NCBI GenBank assembly: GCA_016203395.1
Contig: JACQMV010000057.1
Location: 1 to 56,583, forward strand
Source of the DNA: Candidatus Woesearchaeota archaeon
GTDB lineage: Archaea > Nanobdellota > Nanobdellia > Woesearchaeales > ARS49
Direction of reading: 5' to 3'
DNA length: 56,583 bases
The number at the start of each line of letters is the position of its first letter. Position 1 is the first letter of the stretch. Shown one piece after another: positions 19,215 to 27,516 of the stretch. The notes under the pieces were generated by a model. That model did no database searches and had not been told where the DNA came from. It saw only the letters and a list, made by a program, of their open reading frames with translations. The position numbers and the translations under genes are program-made.

Positions 19215-19895
19215 ATGAAGCTTTCAATAATAATTCCTTGCTACAATGAGGAACTCACGATAAAAGAAGTTATTTCTCTTGTAGAAAAAGTGGTTTTGCC
19301 TGTGGAAAAGGAGATTATTATTGTTGATGATGGAAGCACTGACAGGTCTAGAGATATTCTTACTAAGATTAAGGGGCATAAGATTTTCTTTCATGAAAAG
19401 AACCAAGGTAAGGGTGCTGCTGTGAGAACAGGCATTATGCACGCTAATGGAGAGATTATTGTTATTCAGGATGCTGATTTGGAATATGATCCCTCTGATT
19501 TTCAGATAATGCTTCAGCCGATTTTAGAAGGGAGAACTGATGTTGTGTTTGGCTCTCGTTTTAAGAATCCTGCACATCACCCTCGTCATTGGTTTTATTA
19601 TCTTGGGAATATCGGGCTTACATTATTCACTAATTTGCTATTTTTTTCAAAAGTGTCTGATATGGAGACGTGTTATAAAATGTTCAGAAAGAATGTTCTT
19701 GAGCACGTGCCTTTGAGGGCGCGTGGTTTTGATCTTGAGCCAGAGCTTACTGCAAAGATTCTCAAGTATGGTCATAAGATTGTTGAGGTTCCTATAAAGT
19801 ATAACTCCAGAAGTGTTGATGAAGGTAAAAAGATTACTTGGAGGGATGGTGTTAAGGCAGCATGGTATCTTCTGAAATACCGTTTCACAAACTAG
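19215..19895 (+). CDS. Glycosyltransferase family 2
   Basis: Has KLSIIIPCYNEELTI, IIVDDGSTDRS and QDADLEYDP. Confidence 0.85.
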   Translation: MKLSIIIPCYNEELTIKEVISLVEKVVLPVEKEIIIVDDGSTDRSRDILTKIKGHKIFFHEKNQGKGAAVRTGIMHANGEIIVIQDADLEYDPSDFQIMLQPILEGRTDVVFGSRFKNPAHHPRHWFYYLGNIGLTLFTNLLFFSKVSDMETCYKMFRKNVLEHVPLRARGFDLEPELTAKILKYGHKIVEVPIKYNSRSVDEGKKITWRDGVKAAWYLLKYRFTN

Positions 19896-20578
19896 CAGTT
19901 GTGTGTGCAACGTATAATGAAGCTGATAATATTACTGAGCTTGTCAAGCAGGTTCTTGTATTTCCTTGTCATTTGGTTGTTGTTGATGACAATAGTCCTG
20001 ATGGAACTTCCACAATAATTTCTGCTCTTCAAAAAGGTTTTAAGAACCTTCATTTGATAAAGCGGGCAGGCAAGCTTGGCTATGGCAGCGCGTATGTTGA
20101 GGGTTTTAGATATGCATTAAATGTTTTGAAGGCAGATTTTGTTGTTAGTATTGATGCTGATTTGTCCCATGAGCCGGGTGTTATTCCTGAGCTCGCGCGT
20201 AAAGCGCAGAATTTTGATGTGGTTATTGGTTCCCGCTACGTGTCTGGTGGTGGTACTTCATGGACTTTGCACAGAAAGTTGATGAGTTTTAGCGCGAATT
20301 TTCTTGCAAGGTTGTTTCTCGGTATTCCTGCACATGACATGACTTCTGGCTATCGTTGTTATAGTGCAAAAGTCATTCGTGCCATTGATTTCTCTGCTGT
20401 AAAGAGTGATGGCTATAGCTTTTTGCAGGAGATTCTTTACAGGGTTCACAAGCAGGGTTTTTCTATTGCTGAAGTTCCTATTTTTTTCAGAGACAGAAGA
20501 GAAGGTAAATCAAAGCTTTCTAAAAAAGAGATTTTTAATTTTTTCAGGAATCTTGTCAGGTTAAGGTTTGGCTATTGA
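19862..20578 (+). CDS. Polyprenyl/dolichyl-phosphate mannose synthase-type GT2
   Basis: 238 aa. Has VVCATYNEADNI, VVVDDNSPDGTS, IDADLSHEP and SGYRCY, the Dpm1/Ppm1-like pattern. Confidence 0.8.
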   Translation: MVSSEIPFHKLAVVCATYNEADNITELVKQVLVFPCHLVVVDDNSPDGTSTIISALQKGFKNLHLIKRAGKLGYGSAYVEGFRYALNVLKADFVVSIDADLSHEPGVIPELARKAQNFDVVIGSRYVSGGGTSWTLHRKLMSFSANFLARLFLGIPAHDMTSGYRCYSAKVIRAIDFSAVKSDGYSFLQEILYRVHKQGFSIAEVPIFFRDRREGKSKLSKKEIFNFFRNLVRLRFGY

Positions 20579-20583
20579 TGTTG

Positions 20584-21294
20584 CTATGTCTCGTATTCTG
20601 ATGCAATCTCGCGTAACTCATCAACCACTTTTCCAACATTCGCTTTACTGAGTTTACGATATCGTGCTAATACTGAATTTATCTCTTCTGCTTTTCTTAA
20701 AATGGTGCAATTAGGATCATCCCGCGCATATATTACTCCGGGAAATGTCCAGTAAATCCCCCATTCTGAGGTTCTTATTCCATTCTCAACTTCCCATGCA
20801 AGCTGTAATGCCATTTCCTTGTGTGTCGGAGGAGAGTAATCAGAAAACGCCCATAAGTTGTGTGATGTTCTAAAAAATCCGAACCAGTAATCGCAGTCGT
20901 TCACAACTTGACCTCTTGGCTCTATGTACCGGTGTGTTTCCAATGCCTCAACTGCTTCTTTCATACGTAACACTAGCTTTTTATTCTCTTCACAGAATCT
21001 CGGTAGTGAAACCTGTCTAAACCCTGCATGTGTTGTTTCATATTGGTCAATCACCGCGTGAATGATGCCATCTTCGTTAAGGTGTCTCAAATTGAGGGTA
21101 GGTCCTGTGCTGTCATCAGTTAGGCGCATCATCAACTGCGCTCCGTAGTATTCTGCAGCAGTTTGCGATAAATGTCCGTGATACACGGGTTTCATTCCTT
21201 CAGGTGGATGTTCTATTATTACATCAACAGCTACTTGTCTTACTTCTTGAAACAGCTTTTTCTCATCCCATGACAACCTGAATTTTGCATTCAT
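20584..21294 (-). CDS. Hypothetical protein
   Basis: 236-aa ORF with non-repetitive composition. No motif recognised. Confidence 0.45.
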   Translation of the reverse strand: MNAKFRLSWDEKKLFQEVRQVAVDVIIEHPPEGMKPVYHGHLSQTAAEYYGAQLMMRLTDDSTGPTLNLRHLNEDGIIHAVIDQYETTHAGFRQVSLPRFCEENKKLVLRMKEAVEALETHRYIEPRGQVVNDCDYWFGFFRTSHNLWAFSDYSPPTHKEMALQLAWEVENGIRTSEWGIYWTFPGVIYARDDPNCTILRKAEEINSVLARYRKLSKANVGKVVDELREIASEYET

Positions 21295-21384
21295 CCGCTG
21301 CTTATTTTATGTTTGAATTATAAAGGTTGCTATTAACTGCGCAGTTCATTTTCATGTTATCCTGTTATTTTACTTTGGCTTCCC

Positions 21385-21712
21385 TCTATTTTGTTGTTTC
21401 TGTGCAACTCTGTTAAAAATTCTCTAGTTAGATGCCCTAAAAAGAATAAGAGTATAAGATAATAATACTTTCCGCAGCTCTTGTGGCTTGGCCCGTAATT
21501 TGAACGCTTCTTGTTTTGTTGTCACACTAAGCCCTTACCATGTGCTTGCGTTATGTTTGCAACCCGGCTGCAACAAAGGGTATTGCTCATGACAATAAAA
21601 CAGTTAATTGCGTTAAAGTTCATCGTCAGAGCACAAGGGCTGCTGATAAATTATGACCTCATTTAAGATAAGAATTAGAAGGATCCTCGGGGGCAAATGC
21701 AAAATCATTTAA
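21385..21712 (-). repeat. Modular repeat, copy C (U-core-degenerate T)
   Basis: The core is 21475-21642. Bases 21511-21675 match 23881-24045 (copy D) with a single mismatch. The 21475-21510 end instead resembles copy E. Confidence 0.9.
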
Positions 21713-21798
21713 GGTATGTTCTGGCAGGGGAAAGTATTTCAATAGAAAAGCTGTTCGGTTATTAAGTTTGTTTTGTACAGGATGGCTTTTTATATTGC

Positions 21799-23649
21799 TT
21801 GTTCTTGGCTTGTCGTATGCAGCTCTCTCACAGGAATATTTCTTATGCTATTGTAATACTTGCGTCTATTCTTTCTGTTATCTCAGTTTTGCCTTTGTTT
21901 AATTCAGGTATTCCTATGAACATTGATTCTCCTTGTCATTATCTTCGTTCATGGTGTGTTGCTAATGTTGATTCTTCGGTTCCTAACAACTGGTGCAATT
22001 TTTGGCAGGCAGGAGTTCCTGTTTCTCAGTATTATTATCCCCTGGTTGATTTTTTGACAGCGTTTATTGGTAAATTTATTGGTTTAGTGCTTTCGTATAA
22101 GCTATTTCTTGTGTTGACTTTGTTTGCTCAGCCAGTTGGTGCCTATGTTTTGTTGCGTTCTCTTGGCCATGAGCTTGCAGCGGGTTTTGCTTTCGCTTTG
22201 CTTGTTCTTAATCCCGGTAGTTGGCATTTTGCCGGTTTTGAAGAAGTGTTCTTAGTCGGGCTTTCACCGTATGTGTTGTCAATTGGTTTTTGGCTTTTGG
22301 GCATGGCTTCGTTTTTGTATTTTCTTCGCAGCCCTTCGTTTAAGTCATTAGTTCTTGCAGTAATTCCTACTTTGTTTATTACTCATCCTATGACTCTTAT
22401 TTTTGCTGCTGTTTCTTATGTTTTTTTGGCAGTTGTGCATTACAAGCAGTTGTTGGCTCACAGGAAACTAGTTTTTCTTTTTGCGTTTTCTGTTTTGATT
22501 ATTAATGCGTATTATATTATTCCTTTTTTGCTTAAGCTAGAGTTGTTTCCCAGAGCGATTGGCGGCTGGATTGACTGGAATGATTTTTTGGCTTATGTTT
22601 GGTCAAGAGTTCCATTTTTGTTGTGGGTTTTTGCTTTTGCAGGATTATTATTCATGAACAAGCAACTGCGTTTTCTATCAGTTTTGGTTGGTTTTTGGAC
22701 AATTGTTAATCTTCTGCCAAGGCAGTCATGGCATGATTATTTGATTGGTATTCGTTTTGGTGCGATTCTTGCACCGTTTGTTTTTATTTCTGCTTCAGTA
22801 GTGTTTGAGCGGCTTGCGAAAATCAGAAAGTACGCTCCTTTGTTTTTGCTTGTTTCGTTGCTGGTTTTTACTCCTTTTGTTTGGAAGTTTTTTTCCAAAT
22901 CAAGAGATCTTGGAAAAAGCATTCTTTTGTCAGAGCATGAAGTGTTTTCCAGCCAAAAAGAGGCGTATAAGTTCCTTTCATTAAAAGAAGGCAGGGTTTT
23001 GGCTGAGGAAACGTTGTATAATGCAAATGACGCCCGGGCGTTTACTCACAGTAATTGTATTTTGCCTGTTGTTTCAGGAAAGGAGCTTATTGGTTCTGGT
23101 CTTATTCTTTTCCCAAGAAATAGAACAGTGATGGATATTGGCATTAGTAGCATGGCTAAGAATTTGTTTCATAGACCTTTTTCAGATTATAATGTTTCAG
23201 ATGTTTTAGAAATTTTGCAGGATTACAATATTAGATGGATTGTTGTTCATACTAATGTCTGGTTTGATTATTTCAAGAATTTTGCAATTGCTCAGTATGG
23301 TTTTGGTTCTGTGGGCGTCCTTGAAATGCCTGTTAATAACTCTTGGTTTAAAGCTAATGGGCAGATATTAAGCGAGAAATATGAGGGTATGAAAGCTGAA
23401 GCTGCTGTTGTGCTTAATAATTCTTCGCAGGTTATTTTAAAAACACATTATTACCCTAATTGGAAGGCATTTGTTGATAATTTGCCAGTTAAGTCATTTG
23501 ATTGTAATGGTTTGTTGTGTGCGCAAGTTCCTGCCGGGTCTCATTCAGTTTTGTTTGTTTATAAGACGCAATTCTCAGAATGGCTCGGCTACTTGTTGTC
23601 CCTATTAGGCATTGTTCTCATAGGTTGGTTGTGGAGAAAGCCACAATAA
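21799..23649 (+). CDS. Polytopic membrane protein, GT-C/YfhO-like candidate glycosyltransferase
   Basis: 616 aa, with many hydrophobic helices and then a soluble C-terminal domain containing HYYPNWKAFVDN. Same architecture as 27450..29162. Opens with TTG; the first ATG is at 21817. Confidence 0.5.
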   Translation: MFLACRMQLSHRNISYAIVILASILSVISVLPLFNSGIPMNIDSPCHYLRSWCVANVDSSVPNNWCNFWQAGVPVSQYYYPLVDFLTAFIGKFIGLVLSYKLFLVLTLFAQPVGAYVLLRSLGHELAAGFAFALLVLNPGSWHFAGFEEVFLVGLSPYVLSIGFWLLGMASFLYFLRSPSFKSLVLAVIPTLFITHPMTLIFAAVSYVFLAVVHYKQLLAHRKLVFLFAFSVLIINAYYIIPFLLKLELFPRAIGGWIDWNDFLAYVWSRVPFLLWVFAFAGLLFMNKQLRFLSVLVGFWTIVNLLPRQSWHDYLIGIRFGAILAPFVFISASVVFERLAKIRKYAPLFLLVSLLVFTPFVWKFFSKSRDLGKSILLSEHEVFSSQKEAYKFLSLKEGRVLAEETLYNANDARAFTHSNCILPVVSGKELIGSGLILFPRNRTVMDIGISSMAKNLFHRPFSDYNVSDVLEILQDYNIRWIVVHTNVWFDYFKNFAIAQYGFGSVGVLEMPVNNSWFKANGQILSEKYEGMKAEAAVVLNNSSQVILKTHYYPNWKAFVDNLPVKSFDCNGLLCAQVPAGSHSVLFVYKTQFSEWLGYLLSLLGIVLIGWLWRKPQ

Positions 23650-23681
23650 ACTACAAACAGAAAGCCAAGGTTAATTATGGC

Positions 23682-23721
23682 GGAAGAATTTAATAACCAT
23701 ATAAAAATGGTAAATTCTTCC
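23682..23721 (+). terminator. Perfect 11-bp-stem hairpin downstream of 21799..23649
   Basis: GGAAGAATTTA (23682-23692) pairs with TAAATTCTTCC (23711-23721), leaving an 18-nt loop. It starts 33 nt after the stop codon. A terminator role is inferred only from position. Confidence 0.3.
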
Positions 23722-23725
23722 TCAT

Positions 23726-24160
23726 ATAACAAACGAAACATATGCGAAAATTTACTTCGTTTGCTATAGTAAAGAATAAGTAGGTGCGAAAATATCCCGC
23801 CACTCTTGCTAATACCTGTCAAAGAAGGTGTTGTTATTTCCTAGCAGCCCTTGTGGCTTGATGAGTAGTTTGAAGATATTTTGTTTTGTTGTCACACTAA
23901 GCCCTTACCATGTGCTTGCGTTGTGTTTGCAACCCGGCTGCAACAAAGGGTATTGCTCATGACAATAAAACAGTTAATTGCGTTAAAGTTCATCGTCAGA
24001 GCACAAGGGCTGCTGATAAATTATGACCTCATTTAAGATAAGAATCATCCCGAACTGCTGATAAAGTATAGCCACATTTAAGACCAACTTACTTAATTAT
24101 AACAACAAACATTAATTCTCGGATATCTACCTCCGCTGCTATAGTGTATTTTTAGAAAGG
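23726..24160 (-). repeat. Modular repeat, copy D (full H-U-U-core-T-H)
   Basis: Hairpin H is 24097-24144 and the U units are 24010-24095. The core is 23845-24012 with a perfect 11-bp inverted repeat (23845-23855 / 24002-24012). The T tail is ~23790-23844, and a second H-type hairpin is at 23726-23770. Confidence 0.9.
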
Positions 24161-24169
24161 GCAAACAAT

Positions 24170-25033
24170 TCATCCAGTCAAGTTAATCTCTTCACGTTGT
24201 TGCTCAAGATAAGGAATGGCTGCAAAATACTTCCGGGCCATACCTTCAAGATCTTTAAAACGGTTACTTCTCGTGGTTGCATCATGCTTTCCGTTCAAAT
24301 GCTCTGGCAAAAATGATGCAAACGCAGGCGCATTGAGAGTCTCAAATGCTTCATGATTTGTAGGATCTTTTTCACGAACTCTGCCAAAATCCTCCCAAAA
24401 TCTGGAAGAATCATCATACTGCCTAAATAAGAGATATGCCTCAGAATTCAGAACTCTGCCTTTGGTCATATCTTTTACTACCTGAATTGTATCAGTAACA
24501 GTTAACTCCCTTTCAATAGACCCTACTGATCTAAATAACTTCTTTTTTTCCTGAGATATCCTCACATTGTCCCAAGATTTCACAGCATAATAAATAACCC
24601 CTCCATATATACCATCAAGTAATGCAGTTGGAAAGAACGATCTAGGACTAAGAGAACGGCCTTTAGTAACTAAAAGCTCAACTACCTCAATAACTGCAAT
24701 AGCGCCAAGAGCATACTTCCAGAGCTGCCTTTTCTCACTCTTTTCAAGAATGCGTTCTTTTGCTGCCGCATATTTTCCGTATTCACGCAAAAACTTCTCT
24801 TTCACTAACTTCTCAAGATAAACATATGATGAGGGAGATAAGGCATGCGCGCTTATTTCATCTTCTTTAACACGCTGAGCAAAATACTCACGAATTATTT
24901 GCGTCTTTGGAACACTTTCGTTCTCAAATCGCTCAAACAATTCCAAACAAATTGTTTCAAGCACTTTATTTGATGATTTTGTTTTACTCATGCTATTAAA
25001 TGATATTATTGCTTGATTTTTAAACCCGTTCAA
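24170..25033 (-). CDS. Hypothetical membrane protein (two central hydrophobic helices)
   Basis: 287 aa. Has LWKYALGAIAVIEVVELLV and GIYGGVIYYAV segments. No motif recognised. Confidence 0.45.
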   Translation of the reverse strand: MNGFKNQAIISFNSMSKTKSSNKVLETICLELFERFENESVPKTQIIREYFAQRVKEDEISAHALSPSSYVYLEKLVKEKFLREYGKYAAAKERILEKSEKRQLWKYALGAIAVIEVVELLVTKGRSLSPRSFFPTALLDGIYGGVIYYAVKSWDNVRISQEKKKLFRSVGSIERELTVTDTIQVVKDMTKGRVLNSEAYLLFRQYDDSSRFWEDFGRVREKDPTNHEAFETLNAPAFASFLPEHLNGKHDATTRSNRFKDLEGMARKYFAAIPYLEQQREEINLTG

Positions 25034-25132
25034 GCCAAAAGAGTGATGTTTATAAAGTAACCACTATTGGATAATAATGGTATGAAATTGCAATACTTGA
25101 AAACAAGAGAAAGCCAGCGAGGAAGCGAGGAA

Positions 25133-25960
25133 ATGAAAGCCGGCTGTTTAATCGTTGCTGCAGCGGCAGGCGCTCTAGCATTGGTTGTTGGCGGAGCAAA
25201 ATCATACACTACAATTGATACTGGCTATGTTGGTGTTGTCAATAGAATGGGACATGTGACTGGAGCAGTGTTTGATTCTGGATTTCAATTAAAAAACCCT
25301 TTTGACAGCGTTGTACAAATGAGCGTACGAACAAGAGAAAAGAAGGAGGATGATCTTACTGTCCCAACTAGCGAAGGGCTTACAGCAGAACTTGATGTTA
25401 GCATTTTATACCATTTAGAAAAAGACAAAGCAACTGAGGTTTATAAAAAACTCGGGGATGATGATCAATACGTCTCAACTTTTGTTGAGCCACAAATCAG
25501 AAGCACAATAAGAGAAGTAATCAGCGGATTCAAGGCAGAAGATTTATACACTGCTGAGAAAAGAGAGTTGGTTGGAAAAACGATTCATGATAAACTTTTC
25601 AAACTATTTGAAGAACGAGGATTAACACTAGAGAGTGTTCTTATACGCGATCTTGATCTTCCTGCACCTCTTGTAGAGAGAATAACTGCAAAACTCGGAG
25701 CAGAACAAGACGCTCTGGCAATGCAATACGTCATTCAAAAAGAACAGCAGGAAGCAGAAAGAAAAAAGATAGAAGCAGAAGGTTCTGCAAAAGCACAGGA
25801 AATAATGATGAAAACATTAACTCCTCAACTACTATCACTCAAACAAATAGAAGCATTAAGAGATCTCGGATCTAAGGGTCATGTTGTAATAATGCCTTAT
25901 GACCAAAAATTAGTGCCTATCCTATCAGTTGATCCTACTCCTTCTGCTGAAAAACCATAA
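25133..25960 (+). CDS. SPFH / Band 7 (prohibitin/stomatin-like) protein
   Basis: Has an N-terminal TM, then YTTIDTGYVGVVNRMGHVTG..FQLKNPFDSVVQMSVRT, then a coiled Q/E/A-rich tail. GAGG lies 5 nt upstream of the ATG at 25133. The ORF is open from 25067. Confidence 0.8.
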   Translation: MKAGCLIVAAAAGALALVVGGAKSYTTIDTGYVGVVNRMGHVTGAVFDSGFQLKNPFDSVVQMSVRTREKKEDDLTVPTSEGLTAELDVSILYHLEKDKATEVYKKLGDDDQYVSTFVEPQIRSTIREVISGFKAEDLYTAEKRELVGKTIHDKLFKLFEERGLTLESVLIRDLDLPAPLVERITAKLGAEQDALAMQYVIQKEQQEAERKKIEAEGSAKAQEIMMKTLTPQLLSLKQIEALRDLGSKGHVVIMPYDQKLVPILSVDPTPSAEKP

Positions 25961-26000
25961 TCTTGCTAACTTTTATAACTCAATATTCAATAAGAACACA

Positions 26001-26819
26001 ATGCTTGAAACCATCTGCGAATATCTAGAACAAGAGCGACAAAGAATAAGAATTACAAAACTACGCCATCACAAAGATGCACACGTAATACAAAGCACAG
26101 ACGTATGCGAGATAAGAAAAGAAATGCAGGCATATTATGATGAAAGCGCTTACGAGCACGATGCACATGTAGTTCACACAACAAGAGAATTACTTATACA
26201 CTCGCTATGGCAATACCTGCAAGAAAATCCTAGCATACAAAAGATTGCAGACGGAGGGTGCGGAACAGGAGTAGACATTGCATTTCTGGCAAAACAATTT
26301 CCTGAAAAAAAATTCATAGGATATGATCTGGCACACGCAAATCTGAAAATTGCAAGAGAACGAATACGACGGCTGAACCTAAAAAACGTGTTTCTTGTAC
26401 AAGCAACACACGAGCGTTTACCACTCACTGACTTAGATATGATATATTGTATCGGCTCGCTTGATAATGAGCAACAATTCTCACAAGAGCATCCTGAAAC
26501 ACAAGAATTTCAAAAACTACGGGACGAAATAATACAGTCATTCACAGAACAACTGAGAATCGGAGGCGTCCTTGCAACAACAATACGGTGCTGGCCGTTA
26601 CGCGAAAGCGAAGTATATGCCAAAGACCAGACAAAAGACCCTAAATACGAAGAAATACTCAATGCATTACACTTTGATTTAGGAAGCGATAGGCCTTACT
26701 TTACAGTCAGCCACTGGAATTACTATACTGGCGATGAGGATTTTAGCTACGTCCTAACTTTTAGTGAAAAACTAGAAAAGCCACACATGCTCCAGCTACT
26801 CTCACAATGCCTTATGTGA
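26001..26819 (+). CDS. Class I SAM-dependent methyltransferase
   Basis: Has the SAM motif I IADGGCGTGVDIAFL. The ATG at 26001 (MLETICEY) is the first ATG; the ORF opens with TTG at 25929. Confidence 0.7.
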   Translation: MLETICEYLEQERQRIRITKLRHHKDAHVIQSTDVCEIRKEMQAYYDESAYEHDAHVVHTTRELLIHSLWQYLQENPSIQKIADGGCGTGVDIAFLAKQFPEKKFIGYDLAHANLKIARERIRRLNLKNVFLVQATHERLPLTDLDMIYCIGSLDNEQQFSQEHPETQEFQKLRDEIIQSFTEQLRIGGVLATTIRCWPLRESEVYAKDQTKDPKYEEILNALHFDLGSDRPYFTVSHWNYYTGDEDFSYVLTFSEKLEKPHMLQLLSQCLM

Positions 26820-27516
26820 ATAAACTCTTCAAAAACAGCAAGTAATGCCTGAGCTTAAGCTTTGATGAACCAGCATCACGAGCACCAAAAACATATGGAA
26901 CAATGCCAATACTTACTTTTGACTGCTTCAGAAAATCAAGAAGAACCTTATACCCTGAACCAACAAACCTTTTTTTACTGCTTTGAAGAAAAACGCTCTT
27001 TTTAACACCAAAAAATCCAGACATTGGGTCAGAAACGTAAGTGCCACGAACAAAAAGAACAAGCTTGGCAAGAAACGTTGCACCAAAAGAAATAATGCGG
27101 CGATACCAAGGCCAGTCAGAAGCAACCTTTTCCCTAACAGCAACAACAATGTCATTGCTCTCAAGCTGCTTAACAATATCAGGAATAACCTCCGGAGGAT
27201 GCTGTAAGTCACCATCCATAACAATAACATACTCAGTAAGCGCATGCTCAATTCCATCAACAACACTTGCAGTAAGCCCATGAACCATTTCATCAGACCT
27301 ATCAAGAAACTGCGCAAAAGAAAACTTCACAACATTCTCTTTCGTGCTATCTTTACTTCCGTCATCGCTGACAACAACACGAATATTTTCAAACCTGGAT
27401 AATAATTCAAGCAGACGGTCTATGTTTGCACCCTCGTTAAACGTAGGGATTACAACAGTGACTTTGCTGAATTCCATTTCCTTGAAGAGCTGCGTGCAGT
27501 ATAAAAGATTATGCAT
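26812..27516 (-). CDS. Glycosyltransferase family 2 (polyprenyl-phosphate glycosyltransferase type)
   Basis: Has VTVVIPTFNEGANI, VVVSDDGSKDST and MDGDLQHPP. Alternative ATG at 27477. Confidence 0.85.
   Translation of the reverse strand: MHNLLYCTQLFKEMEFSKVTVVIPTFNEGANIDRLLELLSRFENIRVVVSDDGSKDSTKENVVKFSFAQFLDRSDEMVHGLTASVVDGIEHALTEYVIVMDGDLQHPPEVIPDIVKQLESNDIVVAVREKVASDWPWYRRIISFGATFLAKLVLFVRGTYVSDPMSGFFGVKKSVFLQSSKKRFVGSGYKVLLDFLKQSKVSIGIVPYVFGARDAGSSKLKLRHYLLFLKSLFT

Noticed and set aside
19862-19895. 34-nt overlap between two GT2 genes considered as a programmed frameshift or fusion
   Set aside because: Both genes have complete N-terminal GT2 motifs and their own starts. Overlaps of 4-34 nt are the norm throughout this window.
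21475-24012. Near-identical C and D cores considered as the template/variable repeats of a diversity-generating retroelement
   Set aside because: The single difference in the 165-nt identical block is not part of an adenine-specific pattern. Neither repeat lies inside a target gene's 3' end. No reverse transcriptase ORF is present.
10411-24160. Repeats considered as integron attC sites delimiting gene cassettes
   Set aside because: No IntI-type tyrosine recombinase is present. The elements are 170-435 bp and occur in both orientations. The blocks they delimit are multi-gene operons. I could not identify RYYYAAC/GTTRRRY core sites.
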